64,000 nt of DNA. Origin: a bacterium. GTDB lineage: Bacteria > Patescibacteriota > Minisyncoccia > Phycocordibacterales > Phycocordibacteraceae. Made by a program: the position numbers and the translations under genes. Position 1 is the stretch's first letter. Each line of letters begins with the position of its first letter. Location: assembly GCA_021778295.1 (NCBI GenBank), contig JAJYCP010000002.1, positions 3,027 to 67,026 of the forward strand. The letters run 5' to 3'. Below the pieces are notes generated by a model. That model was given only the letters and a program-made list of their open reading frames with translations. It made no database searches and had not been told where the DNA came from. Below, piece by piece: positions 23,251 through 32,287 of the stretch.

Positions 23251-23703
23251 TTATTGACAGGCCGTGAGAGTGCCGAGTGCGGCGGTTTCTTGCTTTGCGG
23301 TGCCGGTCGAGTCGACGCACCAGTACGTACCGCTTACTGCCGTCAACTGAGCCGATACCGCATAGGCAGACGGTGTGCTGTTACACACAACGTTTGCGGC
23401 TGCGCCCGAGGCATTCTGAGCACCCGTAACAGCCTTAACAATAGTCGCATCAGACCAGAGAGTGCCCGTCGTCGCGGCGCAGGAAGCCGATTGGGCTGCG
23501 CCATAGCTGTTGGCGCCTGCACCGCCGTAGTAGATCTCGGCCTGAGTCTGGATGGTCGAGAGGTCGGATTGGATAGCAGCGTCGTTGCCTTTCTGGCGGG
23601 CGGTGTTGAGCGAAGCGAGCACGACCGCTGAGAGGATGCCGATGATGGCGATCACGACGAGAAGTTCGATGAGGGTGAAACCTTGGGAACGATTTTTGTA
23701 CAT
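23251..23703 (-). CDS. pilA: type IV pilin (probable major pilin)
   Basis: MYKNRSQG|FTLIELLVVIAIIGILSAVVLASLNTARQKGNDAAIQSDL... 150 aa with a C-terminal Cys pair. Sits directly downstream of pilC and is followed by a hairpin. Confidence 0.85.
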   Translation of the reverse strand: MYKNRSQGFTLIELLVVIAIIGILSAVVLASLNTARQKGNDAAIQSDLSTIQTQAEIYYGGAGANSYGAAQSASCAATTGTLWSDATIVKAVTGAQNASGAAANVVCNSTPSAYAVSAQLTAVSGTYWCVDSTGTAKQETAALGTLTACQ

Positions 23704-23812
23704 AATATGTTGTATGCGGCTAATAGCACCATTGTACGCCTAGAGAGGTCTGCTTAGGAACAGAGGTGTGGATAGTTTCTCCGACACCGTTTTGCGGGGT
23801 TAAGGCCGACTA

Positions 23813-25018
23813 CTATATTGCTCCGGCCAGATTATAAATCGGGAGCAATACCGCGGCCAAGAGCGTACCTACGCCCACGCCCAAGAGGACTATCATGATA
23901 GGTTCGATGAGACCGACGAGCGTATCGACCGCATTGCTCACTTCACGGTTGTAGAATTTGGCGAGCGTAATGAGGATTTTCCCGAGCTCGCCGGTTTCTT
24001 CGCCGACTTTCGTCATTGCGACCATGATACCCGGCATTTCCGGGTGCTTGCCGAAAGCATCGGATATCGAGGACCCCCCTTTCACATCCGCGGTCACTTC
24101 AGAAAGTATCTTTGCATAGACGGAATTGCCCACGACAGATGCCGAGATATCGAGCGCTTGGACAACCGAAACCCCGGAAATGAGCATGGTGGAGAAATTG
24201 TCTGCGATGCGCGCAAGGTAGAGTTTTTTGTAGAGATCGCCGACATAGGGCACCGAAATTTTCAGACCGTCGAGAATGAGCTTGCCGCGTTCGGTCTTCC
24301 CAAGCTGCCACACGTAGAAACCGAGCGCGACAAGCGCGATGAGCAGGAAGATGCCGTAGTTGACAAGAAAATTTGAGAAGCCGATGACAATACGGGTATA
24401 AAGCGGCACGGGTTGCCCGGAATCGATGAGGACGGCGCTTATTTTCGGAATGACAAGCGTGAGCATGAGCGCCATCACGCCGAAGAACACTGCGATGACA
24501 AATGCGGGATAGATGAGCGCATTCTCAGCCTTGCTCATGACATCATAGGAGCGATCAAGATAGTCGGCGAGGTAAATGAACGTTTCCGACAATTTGCCCG
24601 ACTCCTCTCCCGCACGGACCATGTTTACGTAGAACGGCGCGAAGACTTTTGGGTGGCGGGCGAGCGCTTTGCTTATCGGGCTTCCGCCCTGGATGTCATC
24701 ACCGACCGTAGAAAGAACGGCCGCGAGTTTTTTATTGTCGACTTCGGCGGCGAGGAGGCGGAAGACGCGCAGCGCGGAGACCTGTGCCTCAAACAGGGTT
24801 GATATCTGCCGCGAAAGGATGACGATTTCTTTGTTGGAAATCCGGTTGAACAATGGGATTTCAAGCTCGAGCAATGAACGTTTTTCCGAAGACTCAATGA
24901 CCGATATGATGAGATTGCGCCGCTGGAGCGAGGAAACCGCGACTTCCTGAGAGGGAGCCTCGATGGTCCCTTCCCGTTCGTGCCCGTCCTGGTCGATCGC
25001 TCGGTATTTGAAGAGCAT
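23813..25018 (-). CDS. pilC: type IV pilus platform protein (GspF/PilC family)
   Basis: 401 aa with two T2SS-F repeats and three TM segments (e.g. ...LSRQISTLFEAQVS...VGEETGELGKIL). Confidence 0.9.
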   Translation of the reverse strand: MLFKYRAIDQDGHEREGTIEAPSQEVAVSSLQRRNLIISVIESSEKRSLLELEIPLFNRISNKEIVILSRQISTLFEAQVSALRVFRLLAAEVDNKKLAAVLSTVGDDIQGGSPISKALARHPKVFAPFYVNMVRAGEESGKLSETFIYLADYLDRSYDVMSKAENALIYPAFVIAVFFGVMALMLTLVIPKISAVLIDSGQPVPLYTRIVIGFSNFLVNYGIFLLIALVALGFYVWQLGKTERGKLILDGLKISVPYVGDLYKKLYLARIADNFSTMLISGVSVVQALDISASVVGNSVYAKILSEVTADVKGGSSISDAFGKHPEMPGIMVAMTKVGEETGELGKILITLAKFYNREVSNAVDTLVGLIEPIMIVLLGVGVGTLLAAVLLPIYNLAGAI

Positions 25019-25023
25019 AGTTT

Positions 25024-26085
25024 TTAGAGATAGCGTTCAAAAGTTTTCGGATCCATCGCGTGCTCGTAGGCATGCTCGACCGTCACCTCGCCCCGGTGCA
25101 CGAGATCCGCAAGCATACGATCAAGGTCGATCATGCCTTCCTGCGAAGAAGTTTGGATGACCGCGCTTATCTCGTGAGTCTGCGCTTCCCGGATAAGGTT
25201 CGCCACTGCGTTGTTGTTAATCAGAAGTTCGTATGCCGGAATGAGCCCGCCGGACACCCGCGGAATGAGCCGCTGGGAGAAAATACCCGCGAGAGAACCA
25301 GCCAGCTGCACGCGAACCTGTCCCTGCTGTTCGGATGGGAACATGTCGATGATACGATCGATGGTCTGTGCGGCGTTGTTGGTATGGAGGGTGGAAAAGA
25401 CCAGGTGGCCGGTCTCGGCGGCGGTCACCGCCGAAGAGATGGTCTCGTAATCGCGCATCTCGCCGACCATGATGACATCGACGTCCTCGCGGAAGGCGCT
25501 CTGGAGCGCCGTGCCGAAATCCGGTGCATCGATATGGACTTCGCGCTGATGGATGAGGGACTTTTTCGGCGTAAAAAGGTATTCCACCGGATCCTCGATG
25601 GTGAGGATGTGCTCTGCGCGCGAATCATTGATGCGGTTTATCATCGCAGCGAGCGTCGTTGATTTGCCCTGCCCCACCGGCCCCACAACAAGGAAGAATC
25701 CTTGCTCGCGTTGCGTAAAGACTTCGAGCACGGAAGGCAGGTTGAGTTCGGTAAAAGTGCGGACAGCATGCGGTATGAGCCGGAACGCCAAAGCGGTCCC
25801 GCCCTGCACGCGGTAGCCGTTCACGCGGAAACGCATGTCCGCCCGGTGCGCATAGGAAAGGTCGATGGTCTGATTCTTCTGAAATGAATCCCACCGCTCC
25901 GGAGGCACGATGCTTTTGAGCATCGCTTCAGTCTCCTCAGCGGTGAACGCGGGATATTTGGTAAGAGGAATCAATGTACTGGAAACACGGATTACCGGCG
26001 ATCCGCCGGCAAAAAGATGCAGGTCGGAGCCGCCTTCGGTAACAACGATATTGAGAAGCTCCTCGAGACGTTTTTCGGCAGCCAT
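25024..26085 (-). CDS. pilT: type IV pilus retraction ATPase (PilT family)
   Basis: GSDLHL, Walker A GPVGQGKST, Asp box ILTIEDPVEY, Walker B DVIMVGEMRD and His box TGHLVFSTLHT. Start moved to ATG 26085. Confidence 0.9.
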   Translation of the reverse strand: MAAEKRLEELLNIVVTEGGSDLHLFAGGSPVIRVSSTLIPLTKYPAFTAEETEAMLKSIVPPERWDSFQKNQTIDLSYAHRADMRFRVNGYRVQGGTALAFRLIPHAVRTFTELNLPSVLEVFTQREQGFFLVVGPVGQGKSTTLAAMINRINDSRAEHILTIEDPVEYLFTPKKSLIHQREVHIDAPDFGTALQSAFREDVDVIMVGEMRDYETISSAVTAAETGHLVFSTLHTNNAAQTIDRIIDMFPSEQQGQVRVQLAGSLAGIFSQRLIPRVSGGLIPAYELLINNNAVANLIREAQTHEISAVIQTSSQEGMIDLDRMLADLVHRGEVTVEHAYEHAMDPKTFERYL

Positions 26086-26089
26086 ATGA

Positions 26090-26497
26090 TCAGCGCGGCT
26101 CTTCCGCGCGGGATGTGCTCGTTTCAATGATGCGCACGGTCTCGGCTAGCACTTCAGAAGGAATAGCGGATGCTTTGATGATGTAGCCGTCGGCAACGAG
26201 TTCTTTTGATTTCTCGAAATCGGAATCTTGGCCCTGATTCGAGAGGATGATAATCTTCGCGCCTTTCGCGAGACCTTCCTTTCGTATCGTTTCGAGCGTT
26301 TCAAAACCGTTCATGCCGGGCATGATGATGTCGAGCAGGATGGCGTCGGGCGTGACCGCGCCTTCTTTGCGCAGCGCGGCGAGGAGATCTTCGCCGCCGC
26401 CAAACGCGCTCACTTCGTGACCGGCATTCTTGAACTTAACGGCATAGAGATCAAGCAAGAATCTGTCATCATCAACGAGATACACGCGGTATGCCAT
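26090..26497 (-). CDS. stand-alone response-regulator receiver domain (CheY-like)
   Basis: 135 aa. VYLVDDD...ILLDIIMPGMNGFE...KIIILSN...K has the acidic pocket, a phospho-acceptor Asp (LLDI), and T/S and K positions present. No output domain. Confidence 0.85.
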   Translation of the reverse strand: MAYRVYLVDDDRFLLDLYAVKFKNAGHEVSAFGGGEDLLAALRKEGAVTPDAILLDIIMPGMNGFETLETIRKEGLAKGAKIIILSNQGQDSDFEKSKELVADGYIIKASAIPSEVLAETVRIIETSTSRAEEPR

Positions 26498-26523
26498 ATG
26501 CTACTCAGTATACCGCATGCGTA

Positions 26524-28296
26524 TCAGGCACTATCCCCTGCGGAGAAGAGTTCTCCACCGAGCGTATTCACCTCCTCAAAAGGAATCTGGCCCGCGAGCG
26601 CCTTCACAATGGCGTCTTCGCGCATCGTGAGCATGCCGCCCAAGCGCGCGGCGGCGTAGATATTTTCCTCGACCGGCGCTTTGAGCACGACCTGTTCGAT
26701 CTTCTTGTCCATACGCAATATTTCGAAGACGGCCATGCGCCCCCGCGTACCATTTGGGCATTCCTGCGTCGGACTAGCGTGATAAAACTCCTTGAAAGGC
26801 GGCAATTTTTTGCGATACTCCTGCGGTAAATCCGCAAATTGCCGATCGAGAAACTCTTTGACGCTGTCCGTAATCGCGAAAGGCTTGCCCGCACCCGTAC
26901 AGAGTTTTTGCACGAGACGCTGGCCGATGACCGCGACCAGCGTCGGTGCGACAAGGAAAGGATCGACGCCCATGTCGATGAGCCTCGGGATTGCGCCGGC
27001 GGCGGTATTGGTATGGATGGTGGAAAAAACGAGATGGCCGGTGAGCGCCGCTTGCACGGCGAGCGCCGCAGTCTCTTTATCGCGGATTTCTCCGACCATG
27101 ATGACGTCCGGGTCTTGGCGCAACACGGAACGGAGCCCGCTCGCGAACGTATAGCCTATTTCAGGACGCACCTGGCTCTGCGCGACTCCAGGAATCTCGT
27201 ATTCGACGGGATCTTCGAGCGAGACGACGTTTGCGGTCTCGCGATCAAGTTCGGAGAGCATCGCGAAAAGTGTCGTTGATTTCCCCGAACCGGTCGGTCC
27301 GGCGATGAGGATGATACCGTACGGAACTTTCATCATGCCGCGAACCACGGCGAGCTGTCCCTCGGTGAGTCCGATCGACTCCAGAGATGCGGTAGCGGCT
27401 GACTGATCGAGAATACGCATCACGACCTTTTCGCCGAATTCCGTCGGAAAGGTGGAGACGCGGAAATCAATACGGCGTTTCTCGACAACCGCCGAGAAAC
27501 GTCCGTCCTGCGGCTTTCTTTTCTCGTCGAGACGCAACTTTGCGAGTATCTTCACGCGCGCTACAACCGCTTCGTGCATTTTCGCCGGAAGTTCCAAAGA
27601 CGTGTGCAGATCGCCGTCCGTACGGAAACGAACGCGCGTCTTGCCCGGCGATGGTTCGATGTGAATATCGGATGCATGTCCCTCAATGGCGTAGCGCAAT
27701 ATCGTCGAGACGATTTTCGTCACCGGTGCATCCTCTTTCAAAACCTCATGCGCGCCCGTGAGAACTAGCGGTTTGTCGTCGAGGACAGACTCCAGCCCGG
27801 ATGGAGCGGCGGGGGCGGCCGGCGGGGGCTTGGTGGTTGTCTCATATTCGGAAAGCGCACTGCCAATCTCGCCCGAAAGGTTTTGGTATGCATTCAATAC
27901 GCGATCAAAATCCTGTTTTGTGATAAGAAAAATCTTGTAGGGCACGCCGGTTTGCCCCGAGATGAACTGCAATGCGTCGAGCGCTTCGATGTTGTCGGGA
28001 TCGATAATACCCACTTCAAGCGCGCCATCCACCAGGTCGAGCGGTACGAATCCGTAATGGCGCGCGGAGTCTATCGGAATATAGCTGAGCGCTTCTTCGG
28101 CGGCGGGAGGATCGCCGAGTATGCGCGTCGGGAGCCCGTAGGTTTCTCCCGCGGCGGCAAGCGCATCTTTCAGAGAGATGCCGTGTTCGGCGAGCGCACT
28201 TTCCAGAGGGATTTTTTTTGCGAGCGCGGCTTCGACTGCCGCACGGTCGGTCGAAGAGAGGAGCCCTTTATCAAGAAGCAATCCGAGAAGATTCAT
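26524..28296 (-). CDS. pilB: type IV pilus assembly ATPase (GspE/PilB family)
   Basis: 590 aa. N-terminal T2SSE_N repeats, Walker A GPTGSGKST, LEDPVEY, VIMVGEIRD and TGHLVFSTIHT. Confidence 0.9.
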   Translation of the reverse strand: MNLLGLLLDKGLLSSTDRAAVEAALAKKIPLESALAEHGISLKDALAAAGETYGLPTRILGDPPAAEEALSYIPIDSARHYGFVPLDLVDGALEVGIIDPDNIEALDALQFISGQTGVPYKIFLITKQDFDRVLNAYQNLSGEIGSALSEYETTTKPPPAAPAAPSGLESVLDDKPLVLTGAHEVLKEDAPVTKIVSTILRYAIEGHASDIHIEPSPGKTRVRFRTDGDLHTSLELPAKMHEAVVARVKILAKLRLDEKRKPQDGRFSAVVEKRRIDFRVSTFPTEFGEKVVMRILDQSAATASLESIGLTEGQLAVVRGMMKVPYGIILIAGPTGSGKSTTLFAMLSELDRETANVVSLEDPVEYEIPGVAQSQVRPEIGYTFASGLRSVLRQDPDVIMVGEIRDKETAALAVQAALTGHLVFSTIHTNTAAGAIPRLIDMGVDPFLVAPTLVAVIGQRLVQKLCTGAGKPFAITDSVKEFLDRQFADLPQEYRKKLPPFKEFYHASPTQECPNGTRGRMAVFEILRMDKKIEQVVLKAPVEENIYAAARLGGMLTMREDAIVKALAGQIPFEEVNTLGGELFSAGDSA

Positions 28297-28311
28297 TACT
28301 CATTATTCCGC

Positions 28312-28614
28312 TCACATCCCGCTGACCCCTGAAATCGGAGCGAACGGGTCGGAACGGCCGGTGGATTCCGGAGAAACCGGCGTCGTAAGATCAACCAGTG
28401 CGTTGAAACGCGGGTCTGAAAAGATACTGGTGTTGAAGGAGATCGGTTGAAGCTCATTGGCGAGAACCTGGAAACGCGTTTGTGCCTGGCTCTTCGACGT
28501 GCTCACTGAGAGCGGCGGCTGATTCCCCGTTCCGGTGAAGAAATACCAGTAGGCGGCTGCTGCTGCGATGAGCGCGATAATGATTATGATGACGGTATTG
28601 GAATTAAGTTTCAT
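28312..28614 (-). CDS. hypothetical membrane-anchored pilus-locus protein
   Basis: MKLNSNTVIIIIIALIAAAAAYWYFF then a soluble tail. Position corresponds to pilP-like genes, but no similarity was recognised. Confidence 0.5.
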   Translation of the reverse strand: MKLNSNTVIIIIIALIAAAAAYWYFFTGTGNQPPLSVSTSKSQAQTRFQVLANELQPISFNTSIFSDPRFNALVDLTTPVSPESTGRSDPFAPISGVSGM

Positions 28615-28619
28615 AGGGA

Positions 28620-29171
28620 TTAGCGCAGCCAATAGAGGCGTAGCGTCATTTGATAGGTATAAATACCGGTATCGGATCCCTTTACAAGGAGATCACGGAC
28701 ATCGAGAAGACGCTGGCTCCTCTCGACCCCGTTCAGGAAGGCCTGGAATGCGGCATAGGTCCCGGACGCGGAAAGCGAGAGATCGACCGAACCCACCGGA
28801 TTTGCGGAAGACGGTACCGCGCCGCTTGCGGTACCCGAAGAATTCGCCGTGCTCCTGACGTCGATATTGGAAAGCGAGAGCCCGGAACGCGCGGCGAGCG
28901 CATTCAGGTCAAGGATAATCCCGACATTGTCGACGGAATCGGGCAGGAAGGTTGCAAGCCGCGTGAGATCCGTCGGATCTATCGCGTTGCGCGCGGCGAT
29001 AAGCGTGTTCTGTTGCGCGGCGTATGCGCTTGCCGCGGCAAGCGCCTGGTTGTCAGAAGCGATAGCGGCTTGCGTAAGAGCTATCCCGCCGGTCCACGTC
29101 GGATGAACATAGCCGAAGAAAATACCGATGGAAACAAAAAGCGCGAGAAGCGGCAGGATACGGTTGTTCAT
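28620..29171 (-). CDS. pilO: PilO-like pilus assembly protein
   Basis: 183 aa with an N-terminal TM, a coiled region and a C-terminal ferredoxin-like part (YAAFQAFLNGVERS.RLLDV). Follows the pilN-like gene with a 4-nt overlap. Confidence 0.6.
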   Translation of the reverse strand: MNNRILPLLALFVSIGIFFGYVHPTWTGGIALTQAAIASDNQALAAASAYAAQQNTLIAARNAIDPTDLTRLATFLPDSVDNVGIILDLNALAARSGLSLSNIDVRSTANSSGTASGAVPSSANPVGSVDLSLSASGTYAAFQAFLNGVERSQRLLDVRDLLVKGSDTGIYTYQMTLRLYWLR

Positions 29172-29821
29172 GGCAATGTGGTGCTCGCCGAACTTCCTTG
29201 CGGGAGTCCCGAAGCGGGTACTGTGGTGGAAGCGTATGCGGTCGGCAAAAAGGCAATGAGTTTCGGATCAAGCGTTGCGGCCAGTGCGAAAGATACGGCG
29301 TTATTCTTACTGCTCACGACGATGTTTGAGAAAATAGCGTTCTTTATGCCGCCGTCCGCGGCAAAATCGGCGGAGGCGGCCGCGAGAGCGTTGAAACTCT
29401 TGGCGACGCCGGTGCCTTCGACGTTTGCCGTCCCGGTGCTATCAAACCAGAGGTGGAGCGAAGAGAAACGGACGGTCGTGGGCATGACGGTCTGAAGCAG
29501 CGTGAAAAATCTTGAGAATGCGACGTGATTCCCCAGGAGCGTTTCTCCCGACGCGAGACGGTTGTGCAATCGTACAAAATTTTCGACGGTCGTCGGATCG
29601 ACTCCTGCTTCGGCTTTTGCAAGCTCGGTGTCCTTTGCGGACTGTGTCGCGACAAGAATGCGGCCATAGAGGAAGACGCCGATGGCAAGCACGAAGACTA
29701 TGACGAGAACTCCGTAAGCGAAGAAGCCGAAAGCGCCGGAATAATCGGCGCGAAACCGACGAGTCGATGCAGACGCCTCATGAGGAACGAACGAAGTCGG
29801 TATCGTTGGGGGAAGAGCCAT
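29168..29821 (-). CDS. pilN: PilN-like pilus assembly protein
   Basis: 217 aa. A cytoplasmic N-terminal peptide, one TM (AYGVLVIVFVLAIGVFLY), then a periplasmic-type domain. Sits directly downstream of pilM. Confidence 0.55.
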   Translation of the reverse strand: MALPPTIPTSFVPHEASASTRRFRADYSGAFGFFAYGVLVIVFVLAIGVFLYGRILVATQSAKDTELAKAEAGVDPTTVENFVRLHNRLASGETLLGNHVAFSRFFTLLQTVMPTTVRFSSLHLWFDSTGTANVEGTGVAKSFNALAAASADFAADGGIKNAIFSNIVVSSKNNAVSFALAATLDPKLIAFLPTAYASTTVPASGLPQGSSASTTLP

Positions 29822-29889
29822 TTCCCTTTTAGTATACGCTACTCATACAAGTCCCAAGCGCGCTACGTGTGCAAAACTTTCCCCCGCGC

Positions 29890-30966
29890 TCACACTTCTT
29901 GGAGCTTACGCAACGCGAGACCCACGGCAACCGCGAATTCAGGTCCGATCCCCTCGAGCACCGGACGCATGAACGCGGGCGCTTCGGTCTTCGCGAAAGG
30001 ATTCGCGATACGTACGTCGATCGAGAAGATGCTCTTTGCATATGCGTCAAGCGCTTTGGTGACGCCGCCGCCGCCCGTAAGCACGATTGCGGTAATGGAT
30101 TTCTTGTGCGCTGTTTCGTATTGTATGAGAACGCGGCGTGCTTCCGAGAAAATACGCGAGAAGACCAGTTCGGGAGAATCGGAAGCAGGACTGGTCCCAA
30201 GTCCTTCTTCTTTCTTCAGCGCTTCAGCGCGCGCGAGAGATACGTTGCTTGAAACCGCAATGGCGCGGGTAATGTCCTGCCCCCCGGCGCTTATGGTATG
30301 CGACAGCGCGACGACTCCGTGCTCGACCACGTATGTTTTTGTCGAAGCGGCGCCGATGTCGAGCACCATGACCGGTTTTACCGGCTCGTCGATTGCCGCG
30401 CGAATGGTGCTGAAGATCTCAATCTCGTAAAAGCTCGCGGCAAGATGCGCCCCTGCGACAACGCTCTGCAGGAACTTCAATTCATCGTTATGGACGGCCA
30501 CGATAAGCACGGAAACCTTGTCCCGCGGCGCGGCGCTCTCCGAAGGAGTTTCCTCCGGCACGATGAACCAATCGAGCTGCACTTCAGAGATCGGCACGGG
30601 AATGTATTTCCGAGCCTCGAGTTCAATGATGGTTTTTTGTTCTTTCGGATTCTTGCGGTACGGCAACTCAACGAGCGTGAGCAGGGAACGCGCGAATGGT
30701 ATCGAGACGCCGCAGTTTTTTGTCGTCACCTTCGCTTCGCGTATCAGATCTTTCAGCGTCTCGGTAACCTGTTCGGCGGAAAGATTCATCGCCTGTCCCA
30801 CTTCCGCACCGCCGTAGGGGCCGAGCGCAAGTTCGCCGTACGTCTCGAGAACGACCTGCCCCTGCTTCTTTCGCAATTGCACGACTTTCAGAGACGACGA
30901 ACCGATATCGATACCAAGTACGCTCTCTTCTTTCTTCTTCGCAAAGAGATCGGTAAGGAATGACAT
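29890..30966 (-). CDS. pilM: type IV pilus assembly ATPase-fold protein PilM (actin-like)
   Basis: 358 aa. VLGIDIGSSSLKVVQL, VLDIGAASTK and GGG..ITRAI are typical PilM/FtsA-like blocks. Confidence 0.85.
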   Translation of the reverse strand: MSFLTDLFAKKKEESVLGIDIGSSSLKVVQLRKKQGQVVLETYGELALGPYGGAEVGQAMNLSAEQVTETLKDLIREAKVTTKNCGVSIPFARSLLTLVELPYRKNPKEQKTIIELEARKYIPVPISEVQLDWFIVPEETPSESAAPRDKVSVLIVAVHNDELKFLQSVVAGAHLAASFYEIEIFSTIRAAIDEPVKPVMVLDIGAASTKTYVVEHGVVALSHTISAGGQDITRAIAVSSNVSLARAEALKKEEGLGTSPASDSPELVFSRIFSEARRVLIQYETAHKKSITAIVLTGGGGVTKALDAYAKSIFSIDVRIANPFAKTEAPAFMRPVLEGIGPEFAVAVGLALRKLQEV

Positions 30967-30980
30967 GCGACAATACTACC

Positions 30981-31601
30981 ATGGATATCCGGCGTCTTCT
31001 CGACATTCTGTTTCCTCCGCGCGTGGACGAAACCGCGCTACGCGACATTTCAAATGACGATTTTCTCGCGTTCCTCGCGCCGCAGGTGGCACGGGGAACG
31101 CGGCCGGAAACTGTTGCACTTCTCCCTTTTTCCGCTCGCCCTGTGCGTGCGGCCGTCCATGAGGCCAAGTACCATCGGAATGAAAAAGCTTTTCACCTGC
31201 TCGCGGAGACGTTGGAAGAATATTTGCGCGATGGCGACCAGTGGCCGGCGCATAAATGTTCGATCGTACCCATACCGCTCGGCGCGCTCCGGCAAAAAGA
31301 GCGCGGCTACAACCAAGTCGAGGAAATCGCGTTGCGCGCTATAAAAAATCTCCCTGGTTTTCAGATTGAAACCACGCTTCTCGTGCGTACGCGCGAGACC
31401 GCTTCGCAGGTCTCCCTTCCCCGCCGGAAGCGGGAGGAGAATATGCGCGGTGCCTTCAAGGCCTTGCACAGCGTCAATCCCTCCCATACGTACCTACTCC
31501 TCGACGACGTCCTCACCACCGGCGCCACGCTCCAAGCGGCAATTGATGCGCTCAGAGCGGCCGGTGCCGTTACTATCATTCCGCTCGCCCTCGCTCACTA
31601 A
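30981..31601 (+). CDS. comF: ComF-family phosphoribosyltransferase-like competence protein
   Basis: PRPP-binding loop YLLLDDVLTTGATL plus RGYNQ and LVR.R.T..Q. The alternative ATG at 30960 would overlap the pilM start. Confidence 0.8.
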   Translation: MDIRRLLDILFPPRVDETALRDISNDDFLAFLAPQVARGTRPETVALLPFSARPVRAAVHEAKYHRNEKAFHLLAETLEEYLRDGDQWPAHKCSIVPIPLGALRQKERGYNQVEEIALRAIKNLPGFQIETTLLVRTRETASQVSLPRRKREENMRGAFKALHSVNPSHTYLLLDDVLTTGATLQAAIDALRAAGAVTIIPLALAH

Positions 31602-31622
31602 ATTTGCTACTGTGTCCCTCAC

Positions 31623-31709
31623 GGAGACGTGGCTGAGTGGTCGAAAGCACCTCGCTGCTAATGAGGCAGGGGAGAAATCCTCTCGTGGGTTCAAATCCCA
31701 CCGTCTCCG
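31623..31709 (+). tRNA. tRNA-Ser (anticodon GCT), long variable arm
   Basis: GGAGACG-TG-GCTGAGTGGTCGAAAGC-ACCTCG-CTGCTAA-TGAGG-CAGGGGAGAAATCCTCTC-GTGGGTTCAAATCCCAC-CGTCTCC-G. Confidence 0.9.
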
Positions 31710-31993
31710 CAATGATTCGCGAAGCCAGCTGGGAGCTGGCTGAGTGAAGCATCATTGCAAGAGATTCGGGAGATTCGAAGGTCGGAGCGCGCGACCAAAG
31801 TTTCTTATGAGCGGAGCGAATTAGAAACTTGGAAGTACTCTTGTGGTGAGGGCGCGAGGCGGGGTAGCGCAAATTTCCAGCAGGAAATTATGCGTGACCA
31901 AATCCATCCCTCTCCGCTTGAGTCCGTGAAAGCGGAGAGGGGTGTTATCCACCCTGTTGCCGCAGTCTTAGCTGTATCTGTTATCCTTAGGTC

Positions 31994-32287
31994 ATGAGTG
32001 GTGAGATAGTCTTTGATGAGGAAGAGACGGGCGGTTCGGTAAGAAATTCTGACATTGCGTCGGGCACGTCTGGAGGCATGTCTGCCTGGTTAGTGAAGCA
32101 CCGGATAGCGAAAAATGACGAGCAAGCGAAGTATTTTATGCTTGGTTTTGTCATTGTCGCAGCTGCACTGGCAATAATTATTGTCGTATTTTTTGGTAAC
32201 GGTTCATCTAATCCCACTCCTGCAAGTCAGATACAATCGGATATGCTCCGTATGCAAACGGAGCATTTCAATGCTCCAACTCCATGA
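31994..32287 (+). CDS. hypothetical single-TM protein, upstream partner of a pilin-like gene (paralog of 12900..13184)
   Basis: MSGEIVFDEEETG... then the TM YFMLGFVIVAAALAIIIVVFF. ATGA overlap with the pilin-like gene. Confidence 0.55.
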   Translation: MSGEIVFDEEETGGSVRNSDIASGTSGGMSAWLVKHRIAKNDEQAKYFMLGFVIVAAALAIIIVVFFGNGSSNPTPASQIQSDMLRMQTEHFNAPTP

